From positions 1,541 to 65,540 of the forward strand of contig CAMCHR010000003.1 of NCBI GenBank assembly GCA_945874755.1: DNA of 64,000 nucleotides, read 5' to 3'. Below are positions 28,490 to 38,777 of the stretch, piece by piece (the stretch's first letter is position 1; each line of letters starts with the position of its first letter). The position numbers and the translations under genes were made by a program. Below the pieces are notes generated by a model that worked only from the letters and a program-made list of their open reading frames with translations, was not told the origin of the DNA and made no database searches. The stretch is from Chitinophaga pinensis. GTDB taxonomy: Bacteria > Bacteroidota > Bacteroidia > Chitinophagales > Chitinophagaceae.

Positions 28490-29875
28490 ATGTTTCTATT
28501 TCCTCTTATATATATTATATCCTTTTTAAAAACTCTGAAAGAGTTTAGTAAAGCCAATGCATCCGGTTTACTCATTTTTATTATTGTTGCAATGCCAATC
28601 TACATAAATGTGCTATCAATTACACACATGTATGGATTAGATGGTCTGATTGGCATATTACAATTTTTTAAAGAGTTTTTAGTTATAATAGCATTATTTA
28701 TAGTAATAATCCAATTTAAAAAAATACCAAAATTTACTACTACTGATATTCTAGTAGCTATTTTTCTATTATATAGTTTCCTTTTTGTCTTATTACCTAT
28801 CGGTTCATATAACATTATATCAAAATTATTGGCTTTTAAAAGTTTGTCTTTTTTCTGTATTTTATATTTTGTTGGTAGATTTATTCAAATAAAATATATT
28901 CAATTAGGAAAATATTTCAAACTAATTGGAATGATGACCTTACTTGCCGCTGTTATTGTTTTAATGGAATATTTAAGAAATGAACATTTTCATGCAAATA
29001 CTGGATTTACTAATTTATTAATCAATTATTTTGACGGTGAACAATCAGGTAATTATGGGCTAATTTGGACCTTTGAAACACAAACAGGACAGAAACGTTT
29101 TGGAAGTTTATTTGGAAGTCCTTTAGAAATGGCCGCTTCAATGGTTTTAACTTTGAGTATTTGCTTAGCTTATTATACAGACTATTCAAAGAGATTATTT
29201 TTAACAAAATTTGGAAGAATCTGTTTAATTTGTTCATTAATCTGTATTACATTAGCATTGTCAAGGGCTTCATTTATAGGATACCTAATTGTGCTTTGTG
29301 TTTATGCTTTAATCACAAATAACAAAAAAATAATTAAGTTGATATATATAGCATTAAGTTTTGCTTCAGTTTATTTAATTTATTTCTTAGCGCAAACAGA
29401 CATTTATAATTTTATTATAGACTCAGTAACCTTTAAAAATGCATCTAGTATTGGTCATGTATTAGAATGGATAGACGGATTTGAGGCAATGATTCAAAAG
29501 CCATTTGGACTTGGATTAGGAGAATCTGGTAGAATTTCAATGGTAAGTAACGATAATATCGGAGGAGAGAATCAATTTATAATAACAGGAATTCAGGTAG
29601 GCTTTCCGATGTTAATTATATATATATGGATTCATATAAACTTGATGAAAAAAGCTTATAAATATCTATGGAGTCAGTCAGGTAAAACAAAACGAATTGC
29701 GTTCACTATTTTTTTATTTAAAATTGGTATACTTTTACCAATGTTTACATCAAATACTGAAGGATTTGTTTATTTAAGTTACTTTACTTGGTTCTTAAGT
29801 GGTCTTTTAATAAATATCACAAGTCGTTACGAGACTGGAAGGAGCGCTCAAATATCCACGAAAACCATATTATAA
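28490..29875 (+). CDS. O-antigen ligase/Wzy polymerase-like membrane protein
   Basis: Many TM helices; KRFGSLFGSPL, LALSRASF, PFGLGLG motifs. Confidence 0.72.
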   Translation: MFLFPLIYIISFLKTLKEFSKANASGLLIFIIVAMPIYINVLSITHMYGLDGLIGILQFFKEFLVIIALFIVIIQFKKIPKFTTTDILVAIFLLYSFLFVLLPIGSYNIISKLLAFKSLSFFCILYFVGRFIQIKYIQLGKYFKLIGMMTLLAAVIVLMEYLRNEHFHANTGFTNLLINYFDGEQSGNYGLIWTFETQTGQKRFGSLFGSPLEMAASMVLTLSICLAYYTDYSKRLFLTKFGRICLICSLICITLALSRASFIGYLIVLCVYALITNNKKIIKLIYIALSFASVYLIYFLAQTDIYNFIIDSVTFKNASSIGHVLEWIDGFEAMIQKPFGLGLGESGRISMVSNDNIGGENQFIITGIQVGFPMLIIYIWIHINLMKKAYKYLWSQSGKTKRIAFTIFLFKIGILLPMFTSNTEGFVYLSYFTWFLSGLLINITSRYETGRSAQISTKTIL

Positions 29876-31076
29876 TTATTGGAAGTACAACATAGAGTTG
29901 ACGTTGCTGGGCACTAACTAAAAGCGTAAGCCCTAAGTATACAAATAATAATGTAAGGAGAAAATAGAATACTGTATGTATCTTTTTAAACTTTCTAATA
30001 CCCAATACTATTGAGACTAAAAACATACAAAACACAAAAGCATTTGGAATAATTCTCCACAAGTGCTGAAAGCGGATAAAATTATATGAGTTTGGAATAC
30101 CAAAAAATAACCGACCCGCATTGGCAAATATATTTTTTAGGTATTTAAGAGGATGTGCTTTGATATTTTGAATTGCCTTTTCTTTAAATGCATCATCTCG
30201 AAGTATCCCATTGTATTTATAGATAGAATCATAGTCGGCTTGATGACCCCTTGCAAAATAAGAAGCATTACAAGGCATGGTGGTATCATAATTACAATAT
30301 GCACTGAATGTTGAATCATTCCAATCTCCGTATTCAGTTTCAATCGGAGTACTCATCCAATACAAAGACATCCCACCGCTATTTCCCCAATAAAAAATCT
30401 TGCCAGTTAAATTATATGTATAAAATAAATAAGGAAGCGTGGTTATTATGGCAGCAAAGAAAACAAGTGTATAGTTTGCATATATTTTGTTTTTGTTTAT
30501 TAAAAAAATTAAAGTGAATATGGTTAAACAAATCAAAATAACATACCCAAATATTAATTTTACAAGGGCGAGGAATCCTAAAAGTAGTCCTATAAAAATA
30601 TAATCAATTGTCTTTTTTGAACTTGTAATTTTATAAGCAATTAATACTACCAATAAAGAAGTTAAGGTCTCAGTAAAGACATATAGCATTTCCTTAAAAG
30701 CAATATAGTAAATGCCCCAAAATAAAGTAAAAAAGAAAGCAGTTTTAATACTTACCCAATTTTTTAAAGTTTTAAATAAATAAACAATTGATACAAACTG
30801 AAGAAAGGCGTTTAAAAGTCTTAAATTATTAACATCAAATCCAATTTTAATAAATGGGGCTAGAAACAATGGGTAACCTGGGCCATTCCATAAATTCACA
30901 TTGTCTTTGGAAGAAAAATAGCCTTTTAATAGATTATTTGCATACTCCAAATACCGAGGTTCATCACCCATCAAAACAATAGGAATGGTATAATTCAATT
31001 TATAAATCATAAATAAATAAGCCGCTAAAAAAGGAGAAAACAAAAGCCAAGGCTTATTCAATAAAAAAATTTTCAC
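29817..31076 (-). CDS. GT-C fold membrane glycosyltransferase (ArnT/PMT-like)
   Basis: GDEPRYLEYANNL, PGYPLFLA, TETLT motifs; multiple TM segments; GTG start. Confidence 0.65.
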   Translation of the reverse strand: MKIFLLNKPWLLFSPFLAAYLFMIYKLNYTIPIVLMGDEPRYLEYANNLLKGYFSSKDNVNLWNGPGYPLFLAPFIKIGFDVNNLRLLNAFLQFVSIVYLFKTLKNWVSIKTAFFFTLFWGIYYIAFKEMLYVFTETLTSLLVVLIAYKITSSKKTIDYIFIGLLLGFLALVKLIFGYVILICLTIFTLIFLINKNKIYANYTLVFFAAIITTLPYLFYTYNLTGKIFYWGNSGGMSLYWMSTPIETEYGDWNDSTFSAYCNYDTTMPCNASYFARGHQADYDSIYKYNGILRDDAFKEKAIQNIKAHPLKYLKNIFANAGRLFFGIPNSYNFIRFQHLWRIIPNAFVFCMFLVSIVLGIRKFKKIHTVFYFLLTLLFVYLGLTLLVSAQQRQLYVVLPIIIIWFSWIFERSFQSRNDL

Positions 31077-31097
31077 TTAATTGAAATGTTTAAAATA

Positions 31098-32132
31098 TTA
31101 AATGGCAAAAATTATAAACAAAAATAAGAAAGGTATTACGAAGCCAAATAAGAAGCCTTCATACCACTTGAGTTCATTTTTTTCTAAAGGTAAAATTGAC
31201 TTATCAGTAATTTGAATTGTAGGTGTCTCTTGAACTAGGGCAGTTTTTGAGATTTCTAAGTTTTTAATGAGTTCCGCGTAAATAGTTGATAGCACAATTT
31301 TATCTCTTTGGGAAATTTCAGCACTGCCTTGTGCATCAACCTCGGCTGGGTTTAAATTAAGCATCAATCTTGCGTCGTTAGCCGAGGAATATGTAAGATT
31401 ATTTAATAAGTTGCCAATACTATCAGTGCGGTGTTCTAAACGTTCTACATTATTTTTTAGACGACTAATTTTATTATTAACATAAAAGTCAGTCGCAATT
31501 TTAATAATACGATCAGCTATATATACACTTAGTAGCTCATCATTTGTCTCAACAGATACTTTAAAAAACCCAAGCTTTTTATCAGGCTTAGAGACATTAA
31601 ACTCTTTTTTATAAATTCTTTTAATGATTGTAGATAACAAGCTATCTTTTAATCTAGCATCAATATTGGCATTAGAAAAATTAATAATCTTTGCTATTTT
31701 ATTATCCTTTGCCCAATTTATTTTTAAATCATAAATATCGGCATATCTATCTGCTAATAAGTAATTAGTGTCATTTTGAAAAGGAGTCAACAAGCACTCT
31801 TTCATCATTGACTTACTTTTGAGTAGTTCTAATATATTATCTCCAGAAATAACCGAATTTCCAGCACCTGCAATACTGGTTACATCTATTCCAATCTGAC
31901 TTCCGAGGGAAGAAAGTAATCCTCCTCCACCTGCCTTGTTTTCTTCAACTAAAAATGTAATATCAGATTGGTATTTTGGACTTTTAATAAAGCTATAAGT
32001 CACGCCTAGTATACCCCCCAATGTGCTTAATAAAAATAATAATTTAAATTTCTGGATAAAGGTTGACTTTAGCTTATTTATAGCATCTAGTAAAAACTTT
32101 TGTATTGGTAAATTATTTAATTCGGTTTGCAT
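31098..32132 (-). CDS. wzz: Polysaccharide chain-length determinant (Wzz/PCP family)
   Basis: N- and C-terminal TM helices flanking a coiled coil; PKYQSDITF, ETPTIQITD. Confidence 0.75.
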   Translation of the reverse strand: MQTELNNLPIQKFLLDAINKLKSTFIQKFKLLFLLSTLGGILGVTYSFIKSPKYQSDITFLVEENKAGGGGLLSSLGSQIGIDVTSIAGAGNSVISGDNILELLKSKSMMKECLLTPFQNDTNYLLADRYADIYDLKINWAKDNKIAKIINFSNANIDARLKDSLLSTIIKRIYKKEFNVSKPDKKLGFFKVSVETNDELLSVYIADRIIKIATDFYVNNKISRLKNNVERLEHRTDSIGNLLNNLTYSSANDARLMLNLNPAEVDAQGSAEISQRDKIVLSTIYAELIKNLEISKTALVQETPTIQITDKSILPLEKNELKWYEGFLFGFVIPFLFLFIIFAI

Positions 32133-32168
32133 TTTATATTGTCGATTTTAAATCGAAAAATTAAATTA

Positions 32169-34469
32169 TTATAATTTTAAAATGGCAGCTAAACTTACCA
32201 ATCCAGAAATGATAGAAGTAATTGCAGTGATTTCTGCAATGGATAATCCTTTTTGTTTTTCAGGGACTTCTGGTACAATTATTTTACTACCCGATTTTAC
32301 AGTAGGATAAAATTTAAAGAACAAGAACTTTGTAGTCTTACGATTGATGCCATTGCTGTATTGAATATAGGCTTTAGATAAAGAGCCTCTATTTTTTACA
32401 CCGCCTGCTGCAGAGATATAAGATTTAAAACTACTTGACTCATAACGAATCAATTGAGGATTATACACCGCACCAACAATTTCAACATAAGGGTCGTTGC
32501 GTGACATAAATAAACTATCACCAGGTAACAATAACAAGGTCATGTCTTTTGCAGCATTTTGTTCTAGGTTTACGCCTATTCTTGTGCCATTTCGAAATAC
32601 TTGTAAATCTTTCAATGAACCATATTGCGTTAATCCACCTGCACGTGTAATGATATCTTGAATGGTTTCGTCACGACGCTCTAAAGCAAAATTTCCTGGG
32701 AACAATACTTCGCCGCGTACTTTAACGTCGCCAATAAATTTATAGTTCAATAATCTAGGTATATATACATAGTCCTGCGGTTCTAAAGTTAAAGAAGCAT
32801 CTTTATTAGTAAGTGCGGCATCTAGTTCTAGTTTCATCAAGTCTACCATCTGATTGCTCATAGCGTCTGTTCTGTTTTTCTCTAAACGAGAAAGTTCAAC
32901 CCTATGGTAAGCTGCATCATTCAAAAATCCACCAGCAAGAGCAATCAAGTCTTGAATCTGCATCCCTTTTCTAAACAATACTTTTCCAGGATTGCGTACA
33001 TTGCCATCAATAGTTACAAATTGTTGTTCAACTAAATCATCTTTTGCAAATACTTGAATCGAATCTTCGGAACTCAATGTAATGTCATTTGTATTTAAGG
33101 TAGTTAAGTTAACAGAGACGATTGTTTTTTCTCTATTCACGCCAACACGTTTGATAATTGCTCTTGTCAAAAATGCATCAGCTCTTAACCCATCTGCTTT
33201 TTTAAGCAAGCTGTTTAAAGAAAGTTGTGATGTAAATCCATATTCACCAGGACGGTACACAGCACCGGTAATAGTAACTTTGTTTTCAAACAAAGGCTGT
33301 TTTTTCTCTGCAAAAATAGAATCGCTTTGCATTGGGATATAATTCATAAATGAACTTGTCTCCACATCTTTATATAATTTCTCACGACCATTCAATTGAA
33401 CAATCTTTAAGCGATCTGTAAAAGCTGAATCACTAAATCCACCAGCATAAGATAAAGCTTGTGCTAAATTTTCATTCGGTAGCAACTCATAGACCATTGG
33501 GCGTTTCACCATACCACCTAACTCTATGCGTTTTAATGTTGGCGTGAAAACCAATACATCCTGATCTTCTAAACGAATGTCAGCAGGTAGTAGACCATTT
33601 TGTAAAAATGGATACAAGTCAATAGTAGCAATCATTTTATTATTGCGTATCACTTGAATATTTCTTAAAGTACCATTGACAGTTGGGCCACCAGTAATAT
33701 AGACTACATTAAATACAGAAGCCAAGGCAGATACTTGATACGCACCTGGACGTTCCACTTCACCAATCACTGTCACACGAACAGATCTTCCATTGGATAA
33801 ACTCACATTCAATTTTGTTTTACCCATTGTTAAAGCAGGATAAGATTTATCCATGCGTACAAAAATGCGTTGTTTGGCTTGCTCTATTGTTAAGCCTGTT
33901 AAAGAGATAAGTCCAACATATTCTACTTTGATAAATCCATCACGATTTAATTTTGCATAAATATCAGTTTCGTTCAAACCACTTAAAGTAATATTTAATT
34001 CATCCCCTGGTCCTAAGATATAATTCTTAGGAGTAGCTATATTAAAATTAGGCTGAAATTCTGTATTAGGATTACTAAAAAAACTATAACCGTAATATCT
34101 AGTATTGGTGCGAATAAATGGCACTTCGTTGACCCAACTTGAATCCTGTAAAAACATCGAAGTATCTTTAATAAAAGATTTAATAGATGCGCTAGTTCCA
34201 AATTTAGCTTTTTGTGCAGCCTGAATACCTACTAATCTTTTTTTAAACATCCCCACTTCATTCGGACCCAAACCTTTTTGAACCATCATCTTGATTGCTT
34301 CTGATTCAGTAATGCCTTTAGCAGAAAATTGCTGCCAAATCTGCATCATCTGTTGATCAGACAATTGATTGATCTTAAGGTTTTTTAAATCTTGCGCGCA
34401 TACGCTTCCAACGAACAAAATAGCAACCAAAAGCAGGATGCTTTTTGATTTTGTAAAAAATGATGTCAT
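32169..34469 (-). CDS. Polysaccharide export protein with multiple SLBB domains (Wza/KpsD-like)
   Basis: YILGPGDEL, then repeated GEVxRPG/GAVYxPG and xAGG motifs. Confidence 0.85.
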   Translation of the reverse strand: MTSFFTKSKSILLLVAILFVGSVCAQDLKNLKINQLSDQQMMQIWQQFSAKGITESEAIKMMVQKGLGPNEVGMFKKRLVGIQAAQKAKFGTSASIKSFIKDTSMFLQDSSWVNEVPFIRTNTRYYGYSFFSNPNTEFQPNFNIATPKNYILGPGDELNITLSGLNETDIYAKLNRDGFIKVEYVGLISLTGLTIEQAKQRIFVRMDKSYPALTMGKTKLNVSLSNGRSVRVTVIGEVERPGAYQVSALASVFNVVYITGGPTVNGTLRNIQVIRNNKMIATIDLYPFLQNGLLPADIRLEDQDVLVFTPTLKRIELGGMVKRPMVYELLPNENLAQALSYAGGFSDSAFTDRLKIVQLNGREKLYKDVETSSFMNYIPMQSDSIFAEKKQPLFENKVTITGAVYRPGEYGFTSQLSLNSLLKKADGLRADAFLTRAIIKRVGVNREKTIVSVNLTTLNTNDITLSSEDSIQVFAKDDLVEQQFVTIDGNVRNPGKVLFRKGMQIQDLIALAGGFLNDAAYHRVELSRLEKNRTDAMSNQMVDLMKLELDAALTNKDASLTLEPQDYVYIPRLLNYKFIGDVKVRGEVLFPGNFALERRDETIQDIITRAGGLTQYGSLKDLQVFRNGTRIGVNLEQNAAKDMTLLLLPGDSLFMSRNDPYVEIVGAVYNPQLIRYESSSFKSYISAAGGVKNRGSLSKAYIQYSNGINRKTTKFLFFKFYPTVKSGSKIIVPEVPEKQKGLSIAEITAITSIISGLVSLAAILKL

Positions 34470-34496
34470 TATTATCTTCTTATATAAGTAAAAGTA

Positions 34497-36167
34497 CTAA
34501 AATTTATTCCAGCAAATACCGAAACTAGCATCCGTGAACCAATTACCTTTTCCGATGGTAGGTTTTTGGAAGGTATTGGCATAACTAAAGTTCAAAATCA
34601 AGTTATTCCAAAGTTCATATTGTGCATTTACACCTAATCTACTTCGTTTATATTGTGGATCAAAGCCAAATTTAGGTTGGGGAATGGCAAAATATTGAGC
34701 CTCAATAGATCCTTGGCCATTTTTTTGCATCATAAAGGCAAAAGCCTCTACACTCAAGTTGGCTTTGGGATGGTATTTTGCACTCAAATATATCCGATCT
34801 GCATTGGCTCCCATCCAGTCACCAAGGCTATAATTAGCATTAGAATAATTTTGAGCAGCAATAAAATTACTATACATAAAAGGGTTCAAGCGCGTATACT
34901 CGGCATTGAAACTTAAGTAATGCAGAAAAAGATCTGTCACAGAAGCGCCCAATTGATAGCCCATTTGATTGCGAGATTTTCCAGCATTAAATGCAGTACT
35001 CAATCTAATTTCATCAATCATCCACTGACCGTAAATAAGTGTATTAGGTAATTGATTGCGACTACTAAATCCAAAAAAGAATTGACCGTTGGACCCAGTC
35101 AAAATATTATCCGCATATTTTTGATTGTCAAATGCTTTAAAGAAAGTAACAGGCAGCATATAAGCCAGTTGTAAATTTTCGCTGTAAACAATAGATTCGC
35201 CTAAATTAATTTTCAATCCTTTCATGGGAGCAATCTCTACCGAATGTGTTGCAAAAAATTTAGGTAAATATTGTTGACGTACTCCACCATACACTTTATT
35301 GTTCAAATCATATGAAGCACGCGTATCTAGCACACCAGATTGCAACCAAGCATGCATGTAATTAAATTTTAGCCAAGTACTTGGTTGGTAGTTGAGTGCA
35401 TAAAAAGGATAAGCAGGTGCTTTATCCGATAAAACAATATTGCCATAACGACCATAACCCATGATATGCTGATCTTGCCCCAATGTAATCATGCCTTTAT
35501 TTAAACGAAAGCTTAAACTTGCATTCATTTGGGAGTAGTTCAAGATTTTCGAATTCACTGTTCCCTTTTTTACTAAGCCAGGTAATTCATTATCGTTTCT
35601 CAAAGAATCATACCGACCTTGTTCATTAATATCTATAAAACTTAACTGAAAACCAATACGTTTACCTGCATAACCGGCTACTTGAAAGCCTTTCCCTTCA
35701 ATGGTATTGGATTTGCCATTGCGTGTTTGCATCGTAAGATTTCCGACTGGATCAACCATGATGCCAAAGTGATTGTCCTTATAAGTTATCAAATGTTGCT
35801 GCGCAGATGGATTTAACTTTAATTGTTTGAAAGAAAAAAACTGAGGGCTTGTGCTCTTCCCTAATGTTTTTATAGTTGCATTTTCTAAAGCAAAACCTGC
35901 AATAAAAAACTGTAATTCTTTTTGCTCTATTGGAGATAAATCTTTTTGATTTTGTAGTTCGCCTAATTTTTGAAAAATAATTTTTCGATCAATAGGTTTA
36001 ATTAAATCGTTGAATTCTATTTTACCTTTCTGTGCCATACGACTCAAGAAATCTACAACCGTTGATTGATGTGATTGAACTTGTGCGTTTAATGGTTCAA
36101 ACGCAGGGTTCATTGTGTATGACAATAAAAAACAAAATACAATTTTAACTATTTTTTTAGGATGCAT
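34497..36167 (-). CDS. Outer-membrane capsule-assembly Wzi-like beta-barrel protein (paralogue 1)
   Basis: Signal peptide; GYGRYGNIVLSDKAPAYP, YGQWMIDE, LGDWMGANAD; terminal Phe. Confidence 0.6.
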   Translation of the reverse strand: MHPKKIVKIVFCFLLSYTMNPAFEPLNAQVQSHQSTVVDFLSRMAQKGKIEFNDLIKPIDRKIIFQKLGELQNQKDLSPIEQKELQFFIAGFALENATIKTLGKSTSPQFFSFKQLKLNPSAQQHLITYKDNHFGIMVDPVGNLTMQTRNGKSNTIEGKGFQVAGYAGKRIGFQLSFIDINEQGRYDSLRNDNELPGLVKKGTVNSKILNYSQMNASLSFRLNKGMITLGQDQHIMGYGRYGNIVLSDKAPAYPFYALNYQPSTWLKFNYMHAWLQSGVLDTRASYDLNNKVYGGVRQQYLPKFFATHSVEIAPMKGLKINLGESIVYSENLQLAYMLPVTFFKAFDNQKYADNILTGSNGQFFFGFSSRNQLPNTLIYGQWMIDEIRLSTAFNAGKSRNQMGYQLGASVTDLFLHYLSFNAEYTRLNPFMYSNFIAAQNYSNANYSLGDWMGANADRIYLSAKYHPKANLSVEAFAFMMQKNGQGSIEAQYFAIPQPKFGFDPQYKRSRLGVNAQYELWNNLILNFSYANTFQKPTIGKGNWFTDASFGICWNKF

Positions 36168-36180
36168 AATAAAAACTATT

Positions 36181-37593
36181 TTAGTAAGCGCCTGTATCGC
36201 GTAACATTTTAATGATAGTTTGCAAAATAATCTGCAGGTCTATAGTGAAGGACCAACGGTGAATATAATATAAGTCAAAGTTCACGCGTCGTTCCATTTC
36301 CTCATGTGTTCGAACTTCGCCGCGACATCCATTGATCTGTGCCCAACCAGTTATCCCTGGGTTCACCATATGACGCTTTAAATAATTGTTTACACTCTTC
36401 ATGGACACTAAGTTCATGGGGGTTGGATGCGGTCTGGGACCCACCACAGACATCTCACCTTTTAAGACATTCCAAAACTGTGGCAATTCATCCATGCTAT
36501 ATTTACGCAATACTTTACCCAAACGTGTAACACGTATGTCATTACGTGAGGTTTGCTTAAAGTCTTCTTCTCTTTGGCCATTGTAATCATTCTCGGAATG
36601 CATGGTTCTAAACTTATAACAAATGATGGGCTTGTTATTTACACCCCAACGTTCTTGTTGATAATACACAGGCCCTTTGGAATCCAATTTCACTAAAATA
36701 GCAATAATTGGAAAAAGCCACCAACCAAAAATAAGAAAGAATAATCCTGCAAAGAATTTATCAAATAACATTTTAAACAACTTATTCTCCCATTTATCTA
36801 AAGGCAGTTCATTTAAATTAATCACTGATAATAAACCAAGATTGTCTATCTCTTCGGACTTGGTAGTTAAGTCATGAAGTGCAGGCATCAAGCGAACACG
36901 CACATTCAATTGATCACAAATTTCAGTACAGTATCGAATCTCCCAAGTTTTTTCACTAGGTAAAGAAATAATGACTTCGTCTATACGCTGTGCTGTTAAT
37001 GCTTTTTCTAAATCACCAATCTTGCCTAAATAGTGCATGCCCTCAAGGTTATTTTCTAAGCTTACTTCCTCCTCATGAATGAAGCCTACACATTTATAAC
37101 CATAATAAACATGCTCTTTGAGTGTTTTAAAAAACTCGATAGAAGTTTTATTAAAACCCACAATGATCACTGTATCATTTAATGCACCCCCTTCAAAAGC
37201 AAGATGCTGTTTTTTACGGAAATAATACTTTGCTAGAATAGAAATAGAAAAATGCAAACTTACTAATACACTAAATCGAAACAAGTTTGCATAAATGGAT
37301 TTTGTTAAAAAGAAAAACGCACTTAATAAAATAACAAATACGGCATTCGCATAAAAATTAAATAAAATTTCCTCGGGGAATTTTTTATAAATACGATTAC
37401 GATACAAGCGACACTCATGGGCAGCTAAAAACCAAATACCCAATAATAAGCCTAAAAATAAAAAATCATTAAGGGAGGAAGGGAAGATAAAAGCTTGATG
37501 CTTAATAAAGATGGCTGTAAAAAGCGATAAAAGCAAACTCAAGGCGTCAATGCCAATTAAGTTCTTTTTATAATAACGCTTTTTCCTATGCAT
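36181..37593 (-). CDS. wcaJ: Undecaprenyl-phosphate sugar phosphotransferase (priming transferase)
   Basis: N-terminal TM helices; KFRTM, DELPQFWNVLKGEMSVVGPRP, PGITGWAQING, DLYYI. Confidence 0.88.
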   Translation of the reverse strand: MHRKKRYYKKNLIGIDALSLLLSLFTAIFIKHQAFIFPSSLNDFLFLGLLLGIWFLAAHECRLYRNRIYKKFPEEILFNFYANAVFVILLSAFFFLTKSIYANLFRFSVLVSLHFSISILAKYYFRKKQHLAFEGGALNDTVIIVGFNKTSIEFFKTLKEHVYYGYKCVGFIHEEEVSLENNLEGMHYLGKIGDLEKALTAQRIDEVIISLPSEKTWEIRYCTEICDQLNVRVRLMPALHDLTTKSEEIDNLGLLSVINLNELPLDKWENKLFKMLFDKFFAGLFFLIFGWWLFPIIAILVKLDSKGPVYYQQERWGVNNKPIICYKFRTMHSENDYNGQREEDFKQTSRNDIRVTRLGKVLRKYSMDELPQFWNVLKGEMSVVGPRPHPTPMNLVSMKSVNNYLKRHMVNPGITGWAQINGCRGEVRTHEEMERRVNFDLYYIHRWSFTIDLQIILQTIIKMLRDTGAY

Positions 37594-37599
37594 GCACCT

Positions 37600-38775
37600 C
37601 TATTTTTTTTTCGCCAAAGATTTGAGATGGTAAAGGTATAATTCGGAGACCGTTTCCCAAGTATATTTTTCGGTTATTCCTTGGTGCATAATGGCTCTTT
37701 TAGCCTCAATATCAATGCAATGTGATTCGGCCCAGCTAAACCAACGGGTGCAATCGGCAGGGGATTTAGAGATATAGAAGCCAAATTGTTCGTTTTGCAG
37801 CACTTCACGACTAAAAACGGTGTCTAAAGCAGCAATTGCACAGCCATTGGCCATGGCTTTAAGTAAAGTGGGGTTGGTGCCCCCAAATTCATGCCCATGG
37901 AGGTAGGCATAGCAATATTTATAGAGCGAAGCGAGTGTTTCAGGACTTCGAACATATCCTGTGAAGACCAAACGAGGGTCTTGATAGCTTCTAATTTTAT
38001 CGGCATACCAGTCTTGATAGGGCACATCCCCCACAATCACTAGTTTTTTATTACTATTGGATTGGATAAAGCCCTCAATTAATATATCGGCATTGTTATC
38101 AGGGATCATCCTTCCTACAATTAAATAATACTCCCTTTCCACCAAGTCCCAGTCCGATAAATAAGATAAGTCAGCCCCAGGACTTGTTTCAGCACCATAC
38201 GTGATGACCACCGATCTAGCACCAAATTCTTTTAGGTAGATGGCTTGCATGGCATCGGCATCTGTAATGAGCAGATCCATAAAGCGGGTTGCCATTGTAG
38301 CGGCCCATTTAAAATACACGCCACCAAAGCCTTTCCATTTAGGACGTAACCATTCAAGACCATCCACATTCATCATAGTAGGTTTACCAAAAAGACGGGC
38401 AATAATACCAAAGGGCCCATTGCTCACATTCAACACTAAGGCCACATCAACATTCGTGAACACCATATGCCAAAAAGCTAGAAAAGAATGGATGGGTTGC
38501 GCTAAAGATTTAAAAGGAAGTGTTGGGATGTAAACCAAACGAATGCCATTGACCATTACAGGTTTTTGAGGAAATAAATGTGCATGACAATACACAGTGA
38601 TCTCAACGCCTTTTGCAGGCAATCTTTCAGCCAATGCTTTCACCAAAGTTTCATAACCACTGTAGACGTAAGGATAACCACGAGCGCCAATGATTGCAAG
38701 TTTTAATGTAGCAACATTATTGATTGCGTCGTTGGAATCACTAGTTGTATCTGTATGGTTTAATTGTTGATACAT
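37600..38775 (-). CDS. GT4 glycosyltransferase with DUF1972-like N-terminus (WchF/rhamnosyltransferase-like)
   Basis: IIGARGYPYVYSGYET, NVDGLEW, HGHEFGGTNPTLL. Confidence 0.82.
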   Translation of the reverse strand: MYQQLNHTDTTSDSNDAINNVATLKLAIIGARGYPYVYSGYETLVKALAERLPAKGVEITVYCHAHLFPQKPVMVNGIRLVYIPTLPFKSLAQPIHSFLAFWHMVFTNVDVALVLNVSNGPFGIIARLFGKPTMMNVDGLEWLRPKWKGFGGVYFKWAATMATRFMDLLITDADAMQAIYLKEFGARSVVITYGAETSPGADLSYLSDWDLVEREYYLIVGRMIPDNNADILIEGFIQSNSNKKLVIVGDVPYQDWYADKIRSYQDPRLVFTGYVRSPETLASLYKYCYAYLHGHEFGGTNPTLLKAMANGCAIAALDTVFSREVLQNEQFGFYISKSPADCTRWFSWAESHCIDIEAKRAIMHQGITEKYTWETVSELYLYHLKSLAKKK

Positions 38776-38777
38776 GA

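Noticed and set aside
37924-37936. gagcgaagcgagt matching the hairpin-repeat core
   Set aside because: It lies inside the GT4 coding sequence (T-L-A-S-L on the minus strand) without the flanking similarity, so it is probably chance.
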